DNA from: an uncultured Planctomycetia bacterium
Lineage (GTDB): Bacteria > Omnitrophota > Gorgyraeia > Duberdicusellales > Duberdicusellaceae
Direction of reading: 5' to 3'
NCBI GenBank assembly: GCA_964634935.1
Contig: CAZWJT010000001.1
Location: 16,203-80,202 of the forward strand
Length of the DNA: 64,000 bases
Part shown: in pieces, positions 9,543-18,559 of the stretch
Layout: each line of letters opens with the position of its first letter
Numbering within the stretch: the stretch's first letter is position 1
Program-made: the position numbers and the translations under genes
The notes under the pieces: generated by a model
Database searches by the model: none
Told to the model about the DNA's origin: nothing
Seen by the model: only the letters and a program-made list of their open reading frames with translations

Positions 9543-10967
9543 TCACTGTAAACGAGATAAATAATTGAGCAGGGCAAGCGAGGCTTTCTTAGCCATCCCC
9601 ATCGCCTCGATGACGGTGCCTTCACCTCCTACAATATCACCTCCGGCAAAAACACCCGGAATAGAAGTTTCCATGGTTTCGAAATTCACCTTTACGTCTC
9701 CATAGGTATCCACTGTCAATTGCGGAGTAACACTGGTAAGTATCTTGTTCGCTCCTAAGCCGACTGCAATTACGGCAAGATCACACGCAGCGTCGGAAGA
9801 ACTGTCCGGGATAACAACAGGTTTGCGCCGGCCGCTTGCATCCGGTTCTCCTAATTCACACCTTGAAAAACGCATCTTTGTGACAAACCCTTTTTCATCG
9901 CCTAAAAATTCCTCTGGTTTTACCAGCACAGCAAATTGAACGCCTTCTTCCTTAGCGTGTTCTATTTCCAGTCGGCGAGCCGGCATTTCGATCTCGCTGC
10001 GCCTGTAAGCTATGGTTGTATCGGGAGTTATTCCGCTTGCATGCTGGAGTCTGATAGCAACACGCGCCGCATCCATCGCAGTATTTCCTCCTCCGATGAC
10101 CACAATGTGTTTGCCGATATTAATCGGCGTATGATATTTGGGAAATTGATTGGCAGACATTAAGTTTACCCGCGTTAAAAATTCATTCGCCGAATAAATA
10201 TTGCAGAGATTCTCTCCGGGAATCCCCATAAAAGAAGGAATACCAGCGCCTAAACCTAGAAAAACAGCAGAAAAACCTTCTTTGAAAAGCTCATCGAGCG
10301 TCTTTGCTTTCCCAACTATATAGTTCGTTCTGATTTCAACTCCAAGCTTCTTTAGAGAATCAATCTCAAAATCAAGAATAGTCCTCGGAAGCCTGAAAGG
10401 CGGGATGCCATAACGCAGAACGCCTCCAGTTTTGTGCAAACCTTCAAAAACAACCACCTGCACGCCATTCCGCGCCAGTTCCCCGGCACAGCATAATCCT
10501 GCGGGACCAGAGCCAACAATAGCAACCTTAAACTTTGAGTATCGGCCGTCATGCTTCGTTTCTACAGTGAGCCCTTTCTGCGCGCCATAATCTCCGACAA
10601 ACCTTTCAAGAAAATGGATATTAATCGCTTCTTCGGAAGCAAAAACATCGCCTTTCTTTGTAAAAATACAAGCTTTGCGGCATTGATATTCTGCAGGACA
10701 GACTCTTCCGCAGATAGAAGGAAAATTATTTTTCTGCCGTATCGTGGCATAGGCTTGATCATAATTTCTTTTCGTTATATGCCCGATAAAAGTTTTGATA
10801 TCAATGCCAACCGGACAACCTGAAATACATTTTGGATCTTTACACTGAACACACCTTGAGGCCTCTTCCAAAGCTTCTGCCTCAGAAAAACCCAGAACTA
10901 CCTCTTCAAAACTCTTTACCCTTGCTGCTTTATCTTTCTCTTGTACATGTACTGGTTTCTTTTTCAT
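9543..10967 (-). CDS. nfnB: NfnB/SudA/GltD-like NADPH-dependent oxidoreductase, large subunit (FAD, 2x[4Fe-4S])
   Basis: CxxCxxxxCxxxCP ferredoxin-like N-terminus (CVQCKDPKCISGCPVG) and two dinucleotide-binding folds (VAIVGSGPAGL, VVIGGGNTAMD). I chose MKKKPV as the start because it has GAGGTGG upstream and leaves a 13-nt gap to the preceding gene. The track ORF reaches 11093. Confidence 0.8.
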   Translation of the reverse strand: MKKKPVHVQEKDKAARVKSFEEVVLGFSEAEALEEASRCVQCKDPKCISGCPVGIDIKTFIGHITKRNYDQAYATIRQKNNFPSICGRVCPAEYQCRKACIFTKKGDVFASEEAINIHFLERFVGDYGAQKGLTVETKHDGRYSKFKVAIVGSGPAGLCCAGELARNGVQVVVFEGLHKTGGVLRYGIPPFRLPRTILDFEIDSLKKLGVEIRTNYIVGKAKTLDELFKEGFSAVFLGLGAGIPSFMGIPGENLCNIYSANEFLTRVNLMSANQFPKYHTPINIGKHIVVIGGGNTAMDAARVAIRLQHASGITPDTTIAYRRSEIEMPARRLEIEHAKEEGVQFAVLVKPEEFLGDEKGFVTKMRFSRCELGEPDASGRRKPVVIPDSSSDAACDLAVIAVGLGANKILTSVTPQLTVDTYGDVKVNFETMETSIPGVFAGGDIVGGEGTVIEAMGMAKKASLALLNYLSRLQ

Positions 10968-10980
10968 TGCCCACCTCTTC

Positions 10981-11808
10981 TTATAAAGTGTTGAGACGAC
11001 AAATATGCTGTTCTTTTTCGCCATAGACACTGTTTCGTTTCCCCAATTCCTGCCAATCAACTGCGCTCGCATCGAACTCCGGACCATCAACACAGCTGAA
11101 TTTTACTGCTCCACCCACGCTAACCCGGCAACAACCGCACATTCCAGTCCCGTCAACCATAAGCGCATTCAAGGATACAAGTGTAGGCACGGAAGAAATC
11201 TTAGTCACCTCAGCAACAGCTCGCATCATCGGCAATGGGCCTACCGCATATGCTAAATCGCATTTCTCTTGGGTCAAAAGCTCTTTCAGTGCTTCAGTTA
11301 CAAATCCTTTTCTCGCATATGAACCATCATCAGTCATAACAACCAATTGATTTGAAACTTCTTTTAATTCTCGTTCCAGGATCAAAAGCGCCTTTGTGCG
11401 CGCGCCGATAATTGTCGTAACACTATTGCCTGCACCTTTTAAAGCTTTAGCCACAGGATATATTTCTGCTATTCCAACCCCGCCTCCAATCAAAACAACC
11501 TTACCATATTTTTTAATTTCAGTAGGATGGCCCAAGGGGCCAACAAATGAATACAGAGCATCACCGGGTTGAAGACTTGCGAGAAGCTTTGTGGTAAATC
11601 CGGCTGCCTGAGCAATGAGCACCACGACACCCTGAACCGAATCAGTGCTTACGATGGTCAAGGGAATTCGTTCTCCTTCTTCTTTCACCATGAGAACAAC
11701 AAATTGACCAGCCTGTGCTTTTGTAGCGATATCGGGTGATTGAATCCCAAGTTTTACGATAACCGCACCGCGGACATCTGCTAAGATTTCTTTACTTACA
11801 ATCTTCAT
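10981..11808 (-). CDS. nfnA: NfnA/SudB/PyrK-like ferredoxin-NADP+ reductase small subunit (FAD, [2Fe-2S])
   Basis: 275 aa. C-terminal DGTGMCGCCRV ... KFSCVDGPEF Cys cluster typical of PyrK/GltD-partner electron-transfer subunits. Confidence 0.8.
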   Translation of the reverse strand: MKIVSKEILADVRGAVIVKLGIQSPDIATKAQAGQFVVLMVKEEGERIPLTIVSTDSVQGVVVLIAQAAGFTTKLLASLQPGDALYSFVGPLGHPTEIKKYGKVVLIGGGVGIAEIYPVAKALKGAGNSVTTIIGARTKALLILERELKEVSNQLVVMTDDGSYARKGFVTEALKELLTQEKCDLAYAVGPLPMMRAVAEVTKISSVPTLVSLNALMVDGTGMCGCCRVSVGGAVKFSCVDGPEFDASAVDWQELGKRNSVYGEKEQHICRLNTL

Positions 11809-11871
11809 AAACCCTTTCCTTGTTCAGTGATTGTCATATAAATAACTGCCTAGTTATCGGGCATCTATGCT

Positions 11872-11904
11872 AAAAAAAAAGACGCCCGCTGTATGGACGT
11901 CTTT
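11872..11904 (-). terminator. intrinsic terminator downstream of uvdE
   Basis: Hairpin AAAGACG(CC)...(GG)ACGTCTTT. On the minus strand it is followed by T9-10 (plus strand A9 at 11872-11880). Confidence 0.5.
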
Positions 11905-12055
11905 GTCTTACATGAAATACAGTGATTGGCTATCGAACAACAAAATGGATTTTATATTTATTTTTTAATTTTGTCAATTATTATTTTACCTCAATCATGT
12001 CAAGGCGCTCGAGATGAGATACAAATATCGCGTACAGCACACATTGAATACGCGC

Positions 12056-12994
12056 CTAAGATTTAAGCATCCGGCTGGCCTCAACAAAAAGGGACTTCTT
12101 CTTTTTTGAAAGCTCTTGATACAGTTTCTTCACTGCCAATTCTTTCGCTTTTGCCTCTACTTCAACCGTGATATTTAAGGAAATCCATTCTCGGGGAAAA
12201 TCTCGTATATCAATAGAGTCATGATGCCATCGTAATCGCTTATTTTTCCACCCGTATTTTGGACTTGAAATATGGAAGAGTGGCTCGCGATTCCATGTTT
12301 TAAGAGCTAACCGTGTTGCTTCTGGAATAGTGAGTGTATCCGGCAAGCAGCGATGATGATGTACATCATACACGAATGGAATTCCGTGAACGTTGCAAAA
12401 TGGGATCAAATCAACTGGTGTATAGATACGGTCATCATTCTCGAGAGTTAACAGGGATCGAAGATGCCTACTCAACTTTTTAATAACTTTATCCATACGC
12501 TGCAGCGTCAAAGCTTTATCACCGTACGCGCCTCCCGCATGAATGTTGATCACATCAGCTCCGATAAGACGGCTTACTTCTGCCTGATATTCAAGCTCTC
12601 TGAGCGACCGTTGAACCAATACATCATCTTGAGAACTCAAAAGCACAAATTGATCAGGATGAAATGAAAGACGAACGTTACAACTCTCTGCCTCTTTGTG
12701 GCATGTGTTTAAAATGAGAAGGAGTCTGTGTCTGTCTGGTAAATCTTTTATCGCATACCCGAAATCAGGGTGTGTTGCAAGCGGGAAAAATCTACTGTTG
12801 ACCCGGAAACAGCCGATGTTATTTTGCGCGCAATATCGGATAGCGCTTGAGAGCGACAATGCGTTCTCAATGCACAGGTCTGAGAGTTTCTGAAGCTGCC
12901 ACGGACGACTAAAACCGCTCAGATATTTGGCGGTAATAGTGCGAAAACGAATTGGCTCTTGAGAAAACTTACAACAGAGCCCTAGCCGCATCAT
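12056..12994 (-). CDS. uvdE: UV DNA damage endonuclease
   Basis: RLSFHPDQF, INIHAGGAYGDK, TLENDD and VYDVHHH align with the conserved blocks of the UvsE/UVDE family. Confidence 0.85.
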   Translation of the reverse strand: MMRLGLCCKFSQEPIRFRTITAKYLSGFSRPWQLQKLSDLCIENALSLSSAIRYCAQNNIGCFRVNSRFFPLATHPDFGYAIKDLPDRHRLLLILNTCHKEAESCNVRLSFHPDQFVLLSSQDDVLVQRSLRELEYQAEVSRLIGADVINIHAGGAYGDKALTLQRMDKVIKKLSRHLRSLLTLENDDRIYTPVDLIPFCNVHGIPFVYDVHHHRCLPDTLTIPEATRLALKTWNREPLFHISSPKYGWKNKRLRWHHDSIDIRDFPREWISLNITVEVEAKAKELAVKKLYQELSKKKKSLFVEASRMLKS

Positions 12995-13041
12995 GAAAAT
13001 CTACCGATAAAGCTACTTTGGGTTAAAATGACCAAAAAATC

Positions 13042-13812
13042 CTATTTACCTTCTTGTGAAAAAATACCCTGCAGATCCTTCTTGGTTTTATCAAGAGATG
13101 CTTTGGCCGATGTTTCAATCTCTTTTACTGAAGATTGCACGGCTTTCGCGCTTGCATCCAAAGCCTGCGTAACTGCCTGTTGCGTTTGATTCACCTGTTC
13201 TGAAATATCGAATGCCGCGAATTTTGTTATACCAATACGCGAAAGAATTTTTTTAAGAATTTGCCCTGATAGCGCCGAGGGATTTGTCACGTCTTTAAAC
13301 GTCTCTTCGATATCCGGATGAAATTCCATTGTTTTCTTGCCCAGGGGAGCAAAAAAAGATTTATATCCAACTTTCCCAATTTTTACGGAGAATTCATCAA
13401 TTTTTACTTCCGGAGATTTGCCAGTGCCTGGTTTGGGCATCAGGAGGGTCAATGCATTTAGGTTCAATTTTCCCTGTTCATTCAAAACAACCAAAAGCTC
13501 TTGGACTTCGATTGCTATTTTATTCAAGTGCACGCGGTTTCCAAAAAATCCTCCCAGATCATAATCGACAAAAACCCTGGGAATCTCAATCATCATCGCT
13601 CCAGGAAAACCGTCGGGATTAAAAATCTTTAGGGAATTAATCTCAAAGGTATGATTAAATCCCATATTGACTTTCTCGATCTCAACCGGCACTCCTGCCA
13701 GCGCTTCAACCCCTTTTACGATTACTTTCTTGATGATAAAGTTTCGCCCCACCATGACAATCGCAATCAAACAAAAGAATAGCACGAAAAGACCAATCAA
13801 TATTTTTTTCAT
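13042..13812 (-). CDS. hypothetical N-terminally membrane-anchored protein
   Basis: Start chosen at MKKILIG (GGAGGG 5 nt upstream). One TM segment followed by a soluble domain of unknown function. Confidence 0.4.
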   Translation of the reverse strand: MKKILIGLFVLFFCLIAIVMVGRNFIIKKVIVKGVEALAGVPVEIEKVNMGFNHTFEINSLKIFNPDGFPGAMMIEIPRVFVDYDLGGFFGNRVHLNKIAIEVQELLVVLNEQGKLNLNALTLLMPKPGTGKSPEVKIDEFSVKIGKVGYKSFFAPLGKKTMEFHPDIEETFKDVTNPSALSGQILKKILSRIGITKFAAFDISEQVNQTQQAVTQALDASAKAVQSSVKEIETSAKASLDKTKKDLQGIFSQEGK

Positions 13813-13884
13813 AAATACCCTCCAGGATATTTTGAATTCAACTGACGATAACCATATGCTTCCGTCTGAAAACAAGCATTCTTG

Positions 13885-13922
13885 TGAAAACAGGCTGCAA
13901 CAGATTATTCTGCTGCAGCCTG
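13885..13922 (-). terminator. terminator-like hairpin after the DUF4337 gene
   Basis: CAGGCTGCAACAG / CTGCTGCAGCCTG inverted repeat (1 mismatch) followed by TTTTC on the minus strand. Confidence 0.4.
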
Positions 13923-13947
13923 TTGCGATCTGATAATCTAAAACAAT

Positions 13948-14484
13948 CTAGAAAAGAAGTGGCCCAAGGAATAAACCGTAACCCAAAAGAACCGTCGCAA
14001 GAACACCAAAGACTAAACCAAAAAACCACATCAATTTCCGCTTGAGCAAAGCGCTCACCGAAGAAAGCATAATCGCTATCTGGAAAAAAACCACTGCCGC
14101 TGAGAAAAAAGTCCCCTTTTTTGCCAAGCGTTTATTTTCTGCCGCAGTATTTTCAGCTTCTTCTTTTATTTGGTTCTTTTCACCTTCATAGCGCTCCGCT
14201 TCAAGAATTGCTGTTTTCAACTTCTCAGCATAGAGTGCTTTCTGCTGAGCATTCATTGCTCCTAAAATTTCAACTTCAAAAGCGTTCTTCTGTGTTTCAA
14301 CTAAATTCTGCTTAATACTCTTGGCTTGGTAATAAGCCCATTTGCTGGACTCAATCGCGGTTAATAACTGTGTCTTGGCACCGCAGGCTGCTCCACGCGC
14401 CGCTGCGATAGCAGTCATAACCGCAAGACATGTCGTAGTTACCGCTACTCCTCTCATCCATTTTTCTTGTAAAATTTCTGCCAT
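13948..14484 (-). CDS. DUF4337-like membrane protein
   Basis: 178 aa with a coiled-coil, Ala/Lys/Glu-rich middle region and two C-terminal TM helices. This architecture is typical of DUF4337. Confidence 0.5.
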   Translation of the reverse strand: MAEILQEKWMRGVAVTTTCLAVMTAIAAARGAACGAKTQLLTAIESSKWAYYQAKSIKQNLVETQKNAFEVEILGAMNAQQKALYAEKLKTAILEAERYEGEKNQIKEEAENTAAENKRLAKKGTFFSAAVVFFQIAIMLSSVSALLKRKLMWFFGLVFGVLATVLLGYGLFLGPLLF

Positions 14485-14510
14485 AAAACACCTTTCGGGG
14501 GCTTGCTCAA

Positions 14511-14852
14511 CTACTTACCGAGCAGTTTTTTCTTAACATCGTCTGCCGCCTTCTGCGCCGCTGCCTGAAGCTGAGCTTTCGCTTTCTCGATTAAATCTTT
14601 TGCTGCCTGAGAATTCTTATCGATATTGCTCAAAATATACTGAGCAGTTTCGATGGCCTGTTGAAATTCTTTAGAACTATAGAATGCCTCCGCCTGCTTA
14701 ACGAGGTAATTTGCTTTCTCTTCAACGGTCTTCATAGCCTGCGAATTCTGAATTGCTTCATTGACTGACGCAGCTTTTTTAGCGCAACCGATATTCATAA
14801 ATACGCTACAACTCAAACAAACGACAAGCGCAAATAACCATACTATTCTCAT
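14511..14852 (-). CDS. hypothetical exported/lipo-protein, coiled-coil
   Basis: N-terminal signal sequence with a Cys (FMNIGC), then a helical Ala/Lys/Gln-rich region. Confidence 0.4.
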   Translation of the reverse strand: MRIVWLFALVVCLSCSVFMNIGCAKKAASVNEAIQNSQAMKTVEEKANYLVKQAEAFYSSKEFQQAIETAQYILSNIDKNSQAAKDLIEKAKAQLQAAAQKAADDVKKKLLGK

Positions 14853-14863
14853 GGATACCCTCC

Positions 14864-15043
14864 TTAATTAGTCATCTTTCTTTTTTGATCAGTCAAAACT
14901 AGCCATAAAGCATGTATAATCCCAGGAACTATACCGAGAATCGTCAAAATGATATTAATCCACAGATGCGCTGTAACGCCTACCTGAAGAAAAGCAGCTA
15001 TGGGCGGGAAAATAATTGAAAAGATAACCTTTAGAATTTTCAT
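14864..15043 (-). CDS. Pmp3/YqaE (UPF0057) family small membrane proteolipid
   Basis: Core sequence MKILKVIFSIIFPPIAAFLQVG...ILTILGIVPGIIHALWLV is the signature of the YqaE/Pmp3 family. Start chosen at MKILK (GGAGGTGG upstream). Confidence 0.7.
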   Translation of the reverse strand: MKILKVIFSIIFPPIAAFLQVGVTAHLWINIILTILGIVPGIIHALWLVLTDQKRKMTN

Positions 15044-15063
15044 ACCACCTCCTTTTTCAACCA

Positions 15064-15387
15064 TCATGCTGATTTCTTCTTCAAAGTATTCAGGCCTTTT
15101 ACGACGATAAAAATAGAGAATGCGACGATCAGAAAATCAATCAGGGTATTGATAAACTGGCCATAGTTTAAGGTTACTGCTGGGGCCTCCAGTGTAGCGG
15201 ACTTAAGAGTAAATTTAAGGTTCTTAAAATCAACTCCTCCTAAAAGTAATCCGATAGGCGGCATAATCACGTCAGAAACAAGAGAAGTAACAATCTTACC
15301 AAAGGCCGCTCCGATAATAATACCCACCGCCATATCTACGGCATTTCCCTTCACTGCGAATTCTCTAAATTCCTTGATAATCGACAT
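15064..15387 (-). CDS. mscL: large-conductance mechanosensitive channel
   Basis: [33 protein letters not shown], 107 aa: canonical MscL. Confidence 0.9.
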   Translation of the reverse strand: MSIIKEFREFAVKGNAVDMAVGIIIGAAFGKIVTSLVSDVIMPPIGLLLGGVDFKNLKFTLKSATLEAPAVTLNYGQFINTLIDFLIVAFSIFIVVKGLNTLKKKSA

Positions 15388-15404
15388 TGCTCACCTCCCT
15401 TTTC

Positions 15405-15911
15405 TCATGCTCGATGAATCAAAATTTTATCAGCAGTTATTTTTGCATTAGGAATAATAACGGTTTTATTGTCTCTTGTCTCCATGATTGTGCTGAAAAT
15501 CTGTATCTCTTTGACAATGCCGCTTGCTCCGCTTACTTCAACCTCATCCCCAACTTTAAACGGCTGAAAAAGAATCAACATCACTCCGGCGGCAAAATTA
15601 GCCAACGAACCTTGTAAAGCAAGCCCAACCGCTAAGCCAGCTGCTCCAATCAGCGCAACGAATGAAGTAGTTTCGATACCAAGCTTATTTAAAGCCGCGA
15701 TAGAAACAAAAATAAGCAGAATATAATAAATAATATTTTTTAGGAATGAAGAAAGCGTCTGATTCAGCTTTGCTTTCGCCATAACATTAGCCGCAATCCT
15801 AGAGACAAGTCGCGCAACCCATTTTCCAATAATAAAAATAAGAATGGCGTAGATAAAACTGAGACCGTATTGCATGAGGTAGGTTAGAGCCTTATCAAGC
15901 ATATCCTGCAT
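15405..15911 (-). CDS. short MscS-family mechanosensitive channel (TM3 and beta-domain only)
   Basis: GLAVGLALQGSLANFAAGVMLILFQPFKVGD followed by the beta-domain. The ORF ends at 168 aa with no C-terminal alpha-beta or barrel domain. Confidence 0.65.
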   Translation of the reverse strand: MQDMLDKALTYLMQYGLSFIYAILIFIIGKWVARLVSRIAANVMAKAKLNQTLSSFLKNIIYYILLIFVSIAALNKLGIETTSFVALIGAAGLAVGLALQGSLANFAAGVMLILFQPFKVGDEVEVSGASGIVKEIQIFSTIMETRDNKTVIIPNAKITADKILIHRA

Positions 15912-15972
15912 TATGCCCCCCTGTTTTGAAGAAATGATTTTATGGAAGAAATAGCTGCAAGAAACACCTCAT

Positions 15973-16000
15973 AGTATAGAAACAAAAAGAACCAAGTCAA
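15973..16000 (-). promoter_or_regulatory. candidate sigma-70 promoter for the short MscS gene (TTGACT-16-TATACT on minus strand)
   Basis: Reverse complement of 15973-16000 reads TTGACTtggttctttttgtttcTATACT, about 60 nt upstream of the ATG at 15911. Confidence 0.35.
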
Positions 16001-16080
16001 GAGCAATTTTTCGAAAAATAAGGAATGATTATCGGAATCTTTGAATATCTAAAAATCTTATATCCTATATTCATATAACC

Positions 16081-16590
16081 CTATGGACAATAAGGTATTA
16101 GACGCGGAATCCAACGGGGAACATGTTCCTTATAATCCTGATAATCCTTGCCAAACCTTCTCAACAAGCTTTTTTCTTCAAAAAAGGGAAGATAGATAAG
16201 GTTGGCTAGAAAAAATAGCAACATCCAGAAAAACAACAGCCAAGAACTAAATAGCAGAGACTCTCCCGCCAGCAAAAACAATACTCCAGTAATCATTGGA
16301 TTTCTCACAAATCTATAGGGCCCGAGAACAACTAATTTTTTAGGAGGATCCCAAGGAGCAGGAGTTCCTTTTCCTTTCGTAAGAAATAAACGGACTGTTA
16401 AGAATGCAAGTAACGAACCAATGAAAAAAAATATGAGCGATAAAAAAATATGATACCAAACCTGAGAAATAACATGATTTACCCCTACAAAAGTAGCTGA
16501 GATATAGAGAAGGACCGCGGGAATAAAAACAACTACGGTGCCAGGAAGAACGATGAGGGACATAAAAAGAGACCTTGCCCGCTGTGTCAC
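16081..16590 (-). CDS. ICMT/PEMT-family membrane methyltransferase
   Basis: 169 aa, 4-5 TM. C-terminal PYRFVRNPMITGVLFLLAGESLLFSS matches the isoprenylcysteine carboxyl / phospholipid methyltransferase family. Confidence 0.6.
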   Translation of the reverse strand: MTQRARSLFMSLIVLPGTVVVFIPAVLLYISATFVGVNHVISQVWYHIFLSLIFFFIGSLLAFLTVRLFLTKGKGTPAPWDPPKKLVVLGPYRFVRNPMITGVLFLLAGESLLFSSWLLFFWMLLFFLANLIYLPFFEEKSLLRRFGKDYQDYKEHVPRWIPRLIPYCP

Positions 16591-16679
16591 AATACTACGA
16601 CCTTCTCCTCTTTTTACTCTTTTCTGATATACTTGAGAATAAACAGAAAGAATGGATTATAAAACTCAAATGTGTTCAT

Positions 16680-17891
16680 CTATAAATAAACTAAATCCTC
16701 TTTATGATACAAGGAAAGAAATAAAAGCATGTAATCCCTAAGGTGCCGCGTTAATAAAAAATTATTCCGGATATGCTCGCGCCCATTCTCTCCTAATTTT
16801 TTCGCATAGGCTGGGCTATTCAGCAATTGTTTTAACGCAAAAGCTGCTCCATCTACTGAATGACAAAGTAACCCGGAATATTTATGGGTAATTTGCAATG
16901 GAATACCGCCTACGTTTGAAGCCACTACTGGCTTTGCCTTCCATAAAGCCTCAGTAACCGTTAACCCAAATCCTTCCTTAAGAGACTTCTGAATCAGGAT
17001 TGTCGAAGCCCTCTGAATGGCATTTACCTCTAAGTCATTCTGCTGAAGAAGCAAAATATGGATGTCTGGATCATGTTTTGCTTGCTCTTGAACTTCCGCG
17101 TATACCTGCATACCCTCTGGATCATCGAGAGCAGTTCCACCCGCCAAAATAAGACGGCACTCAACATAGCGTTTTACTCTTTTATATGCCTCAATCACGC
17201 CAAGGGGGTCTTTAAGACGATCAAAACGCGAAATTTGCGTAAGTATCGGTTTATCGTTCGGTATCGAGTATTTCTCTAAAACTCTGCCAATCTCATCCTG
17301 TGAAAGCTCTTTATTCTTATCGCTTAATGGATCTATGGATGGGGCAATCAAAAACTGGCGGGTTGGAAATCTTTGCGAAAAGGCAGGAGCTGAAAATACT
17401 GCGGCATCATACTGGATGATAAAATCCCTTAAAAAATCCCATACCTGCTTGTCGGGATGTGAAACGTCGATATGGCATCTCCAGATCCATTTATTCCCGG
17501 CCCGCTTCTGTATCAGAGCAATAGGCTGAGGATCATGAATAAAAACAACATCCCCGTATGTGCGTACTTCTTCGATATTTTTCAAGCTTGTTTCCATAAA
17601 AATATCGAAATCTCGCTGAACCAAATCTTCCGGTTTCCCGTGTAAGGCGTTATGAAACTTCTTCGTAACCTCGAAAAACTGTTCTCCCCCTTTTATCACA
17701 TCCCATTTCGTTTCTACGCCTAATTCGTTTAAGAGAGGAACCATACGGTTTAGAATCTCCGCCACTCCGCCTCCAACAGCAGTAGAATTAATATGCTGAA
17801 TAACTTTCCCGCGTAAACGTTCAGAAAGAAGCCAAAGATCTTCAAGAATTGACTGCCCAACAATAGGTGCATACGCATCAAGCTTTATCAT
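16680..17891 (-). CDS. treT: trehalose glycosyltransferring synthase (GT4), TreT-like
   Basis: Blocks INSTAVGGGVAEIL, HDPQP, IWRCHID, IAPSIDPLS, TQISRFDRLKDP, DDPEG and QKSLKEGFGLTVTEALWK match the TreT family as remembered from Thermococcus/Thermotoga enzymes. Confidence 0.75.
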   Translation of the reverse strand: MIKLDAYAPIVGQSILEDLWLLSERLRGKVIQHINSTAVGGGVAEILNRMVPLLNELGVETKWDVIKGGEQFFEVTKKFHNALHGKPEDLVQRDFDIFMETSLKNIEEVRTYGDVVFIHDPQPIALIQKRAGNKWIWRCHIDVSHPDKQVWDFLRDFIIQYDAAVFSAPAFSQRFPTRQFLIAPSIDPLSDKNKELSQDEIGRVLEKYSIPNDKPILTQISRFDRLKDPLGVIEAYKRVKRYVECRLILAGGTALDDPEGMQVYAEVQEQAKHDPDIHILLLQQNDLEVNAIQRASTILIQKSLKEGFGLTVTEALWKAKPVVASNVGGIPLQITHKYSGLLCHSVDGAAFALKQLLNSPAYAKKLGENGREHIRNNFLLTRHLRDYMLLFLSLYHKEDLVYL

Positions 17892-18559
17892 TCCGTAATT
17901 CTCTCCTTAATTATGTTCAACAGCGTCGTTCTTAATCCTTCCATCGTTTGCGTATAAGGATCAAGCCGGGATATCATCCTGGCAAGCTGAATATCACCGA
18001 GCGAATGCTCAATCCAGTTTGAAAAATCATTATTGATGCGTTCAAGTCGAAGCCTCGCCTCGAAAACATGAAAATAGATTGAATCAATGGTTACTTTTCT
18101 GAGTGCTTCTTCAAACTCTTTTAAATCATAAACCTTATATCGCGTAGGTAGCACGAAACTAATTGATTTCATGAAATGAAATTCTTCGCCTGATTGAGAA
18201 AACCTTAAATGCGCTGTTTTATGCTCACTGAGATATTCTTCAATGGTAGCAACGATTTTTTCCCGCAACTGGCGTATTGTTCCATATTGTATCGTATCGA
18301 TACTCGCGAGTTTTTCTCCTAATTCATCCTCGCCTAAAACCTCAGTCACCCAATATGCAAAATCATTGGGAGGCTCTGGAGAAATATATTGATGCTGCTG
18401 TAAAAACCTGTGGGTATGGTGATAAATGCACGCGCCAGGAACTTCTTTAAGTAAGCCTGCTAAATGAACCAATGTAGCAGCGCGTAAACCGGTTAGCTCT
18501 GAAAGATTAAGCCTTGTCTGAAACTGGAAAGGTTCTTGAGCGCGCTTTAAACCACTCAT
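17888..18559 (-). CDS. hypothetical protein co-transcribed within the trehalose operon
   Basis: 223 aa with no recognised motif. Overlaps both neighbours by 4 nt (ATGA), which suggests translational coupling. Confidence 0.4.
   Translation of the reverse strand: MSGLKRAQEPFQFQTRLNLSELTGLRAATLVHLAGLLKEVPGACIYHHTHRFLQQHQYISPEPPNDFAYWVTEVLGEDELGEKLASIDTIQYGTIRQLREKIVATIEEYLSEHKTAHLRFSQSGEEFHFMKSISFVLPTRYKVYDLKEFEEALRKVTIDSIYFHVFEARLRLERINNDFSNWIEHSLGDIQLARMISRLDPYTQTMEGLRTTLLNIIKERITE

Noticed and set aside
10968-11093. N-terminal 42-codon extension of the nfnB-like ORF
   Set aside because: It would overlap nfnA by 113 nt. The internal MKKKPV start has a GAGGTGG ribosome-binding site and leaves a 13-nt intergenic gap.
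11809-12055. Repeated CAGTGATTG motif (11824-11832 and 11919-11927) as a regulatory repeat
   Set aside because: Two 9-nt copies 95 nt apart could occur by chance. No dyad symmetry or promoter context.
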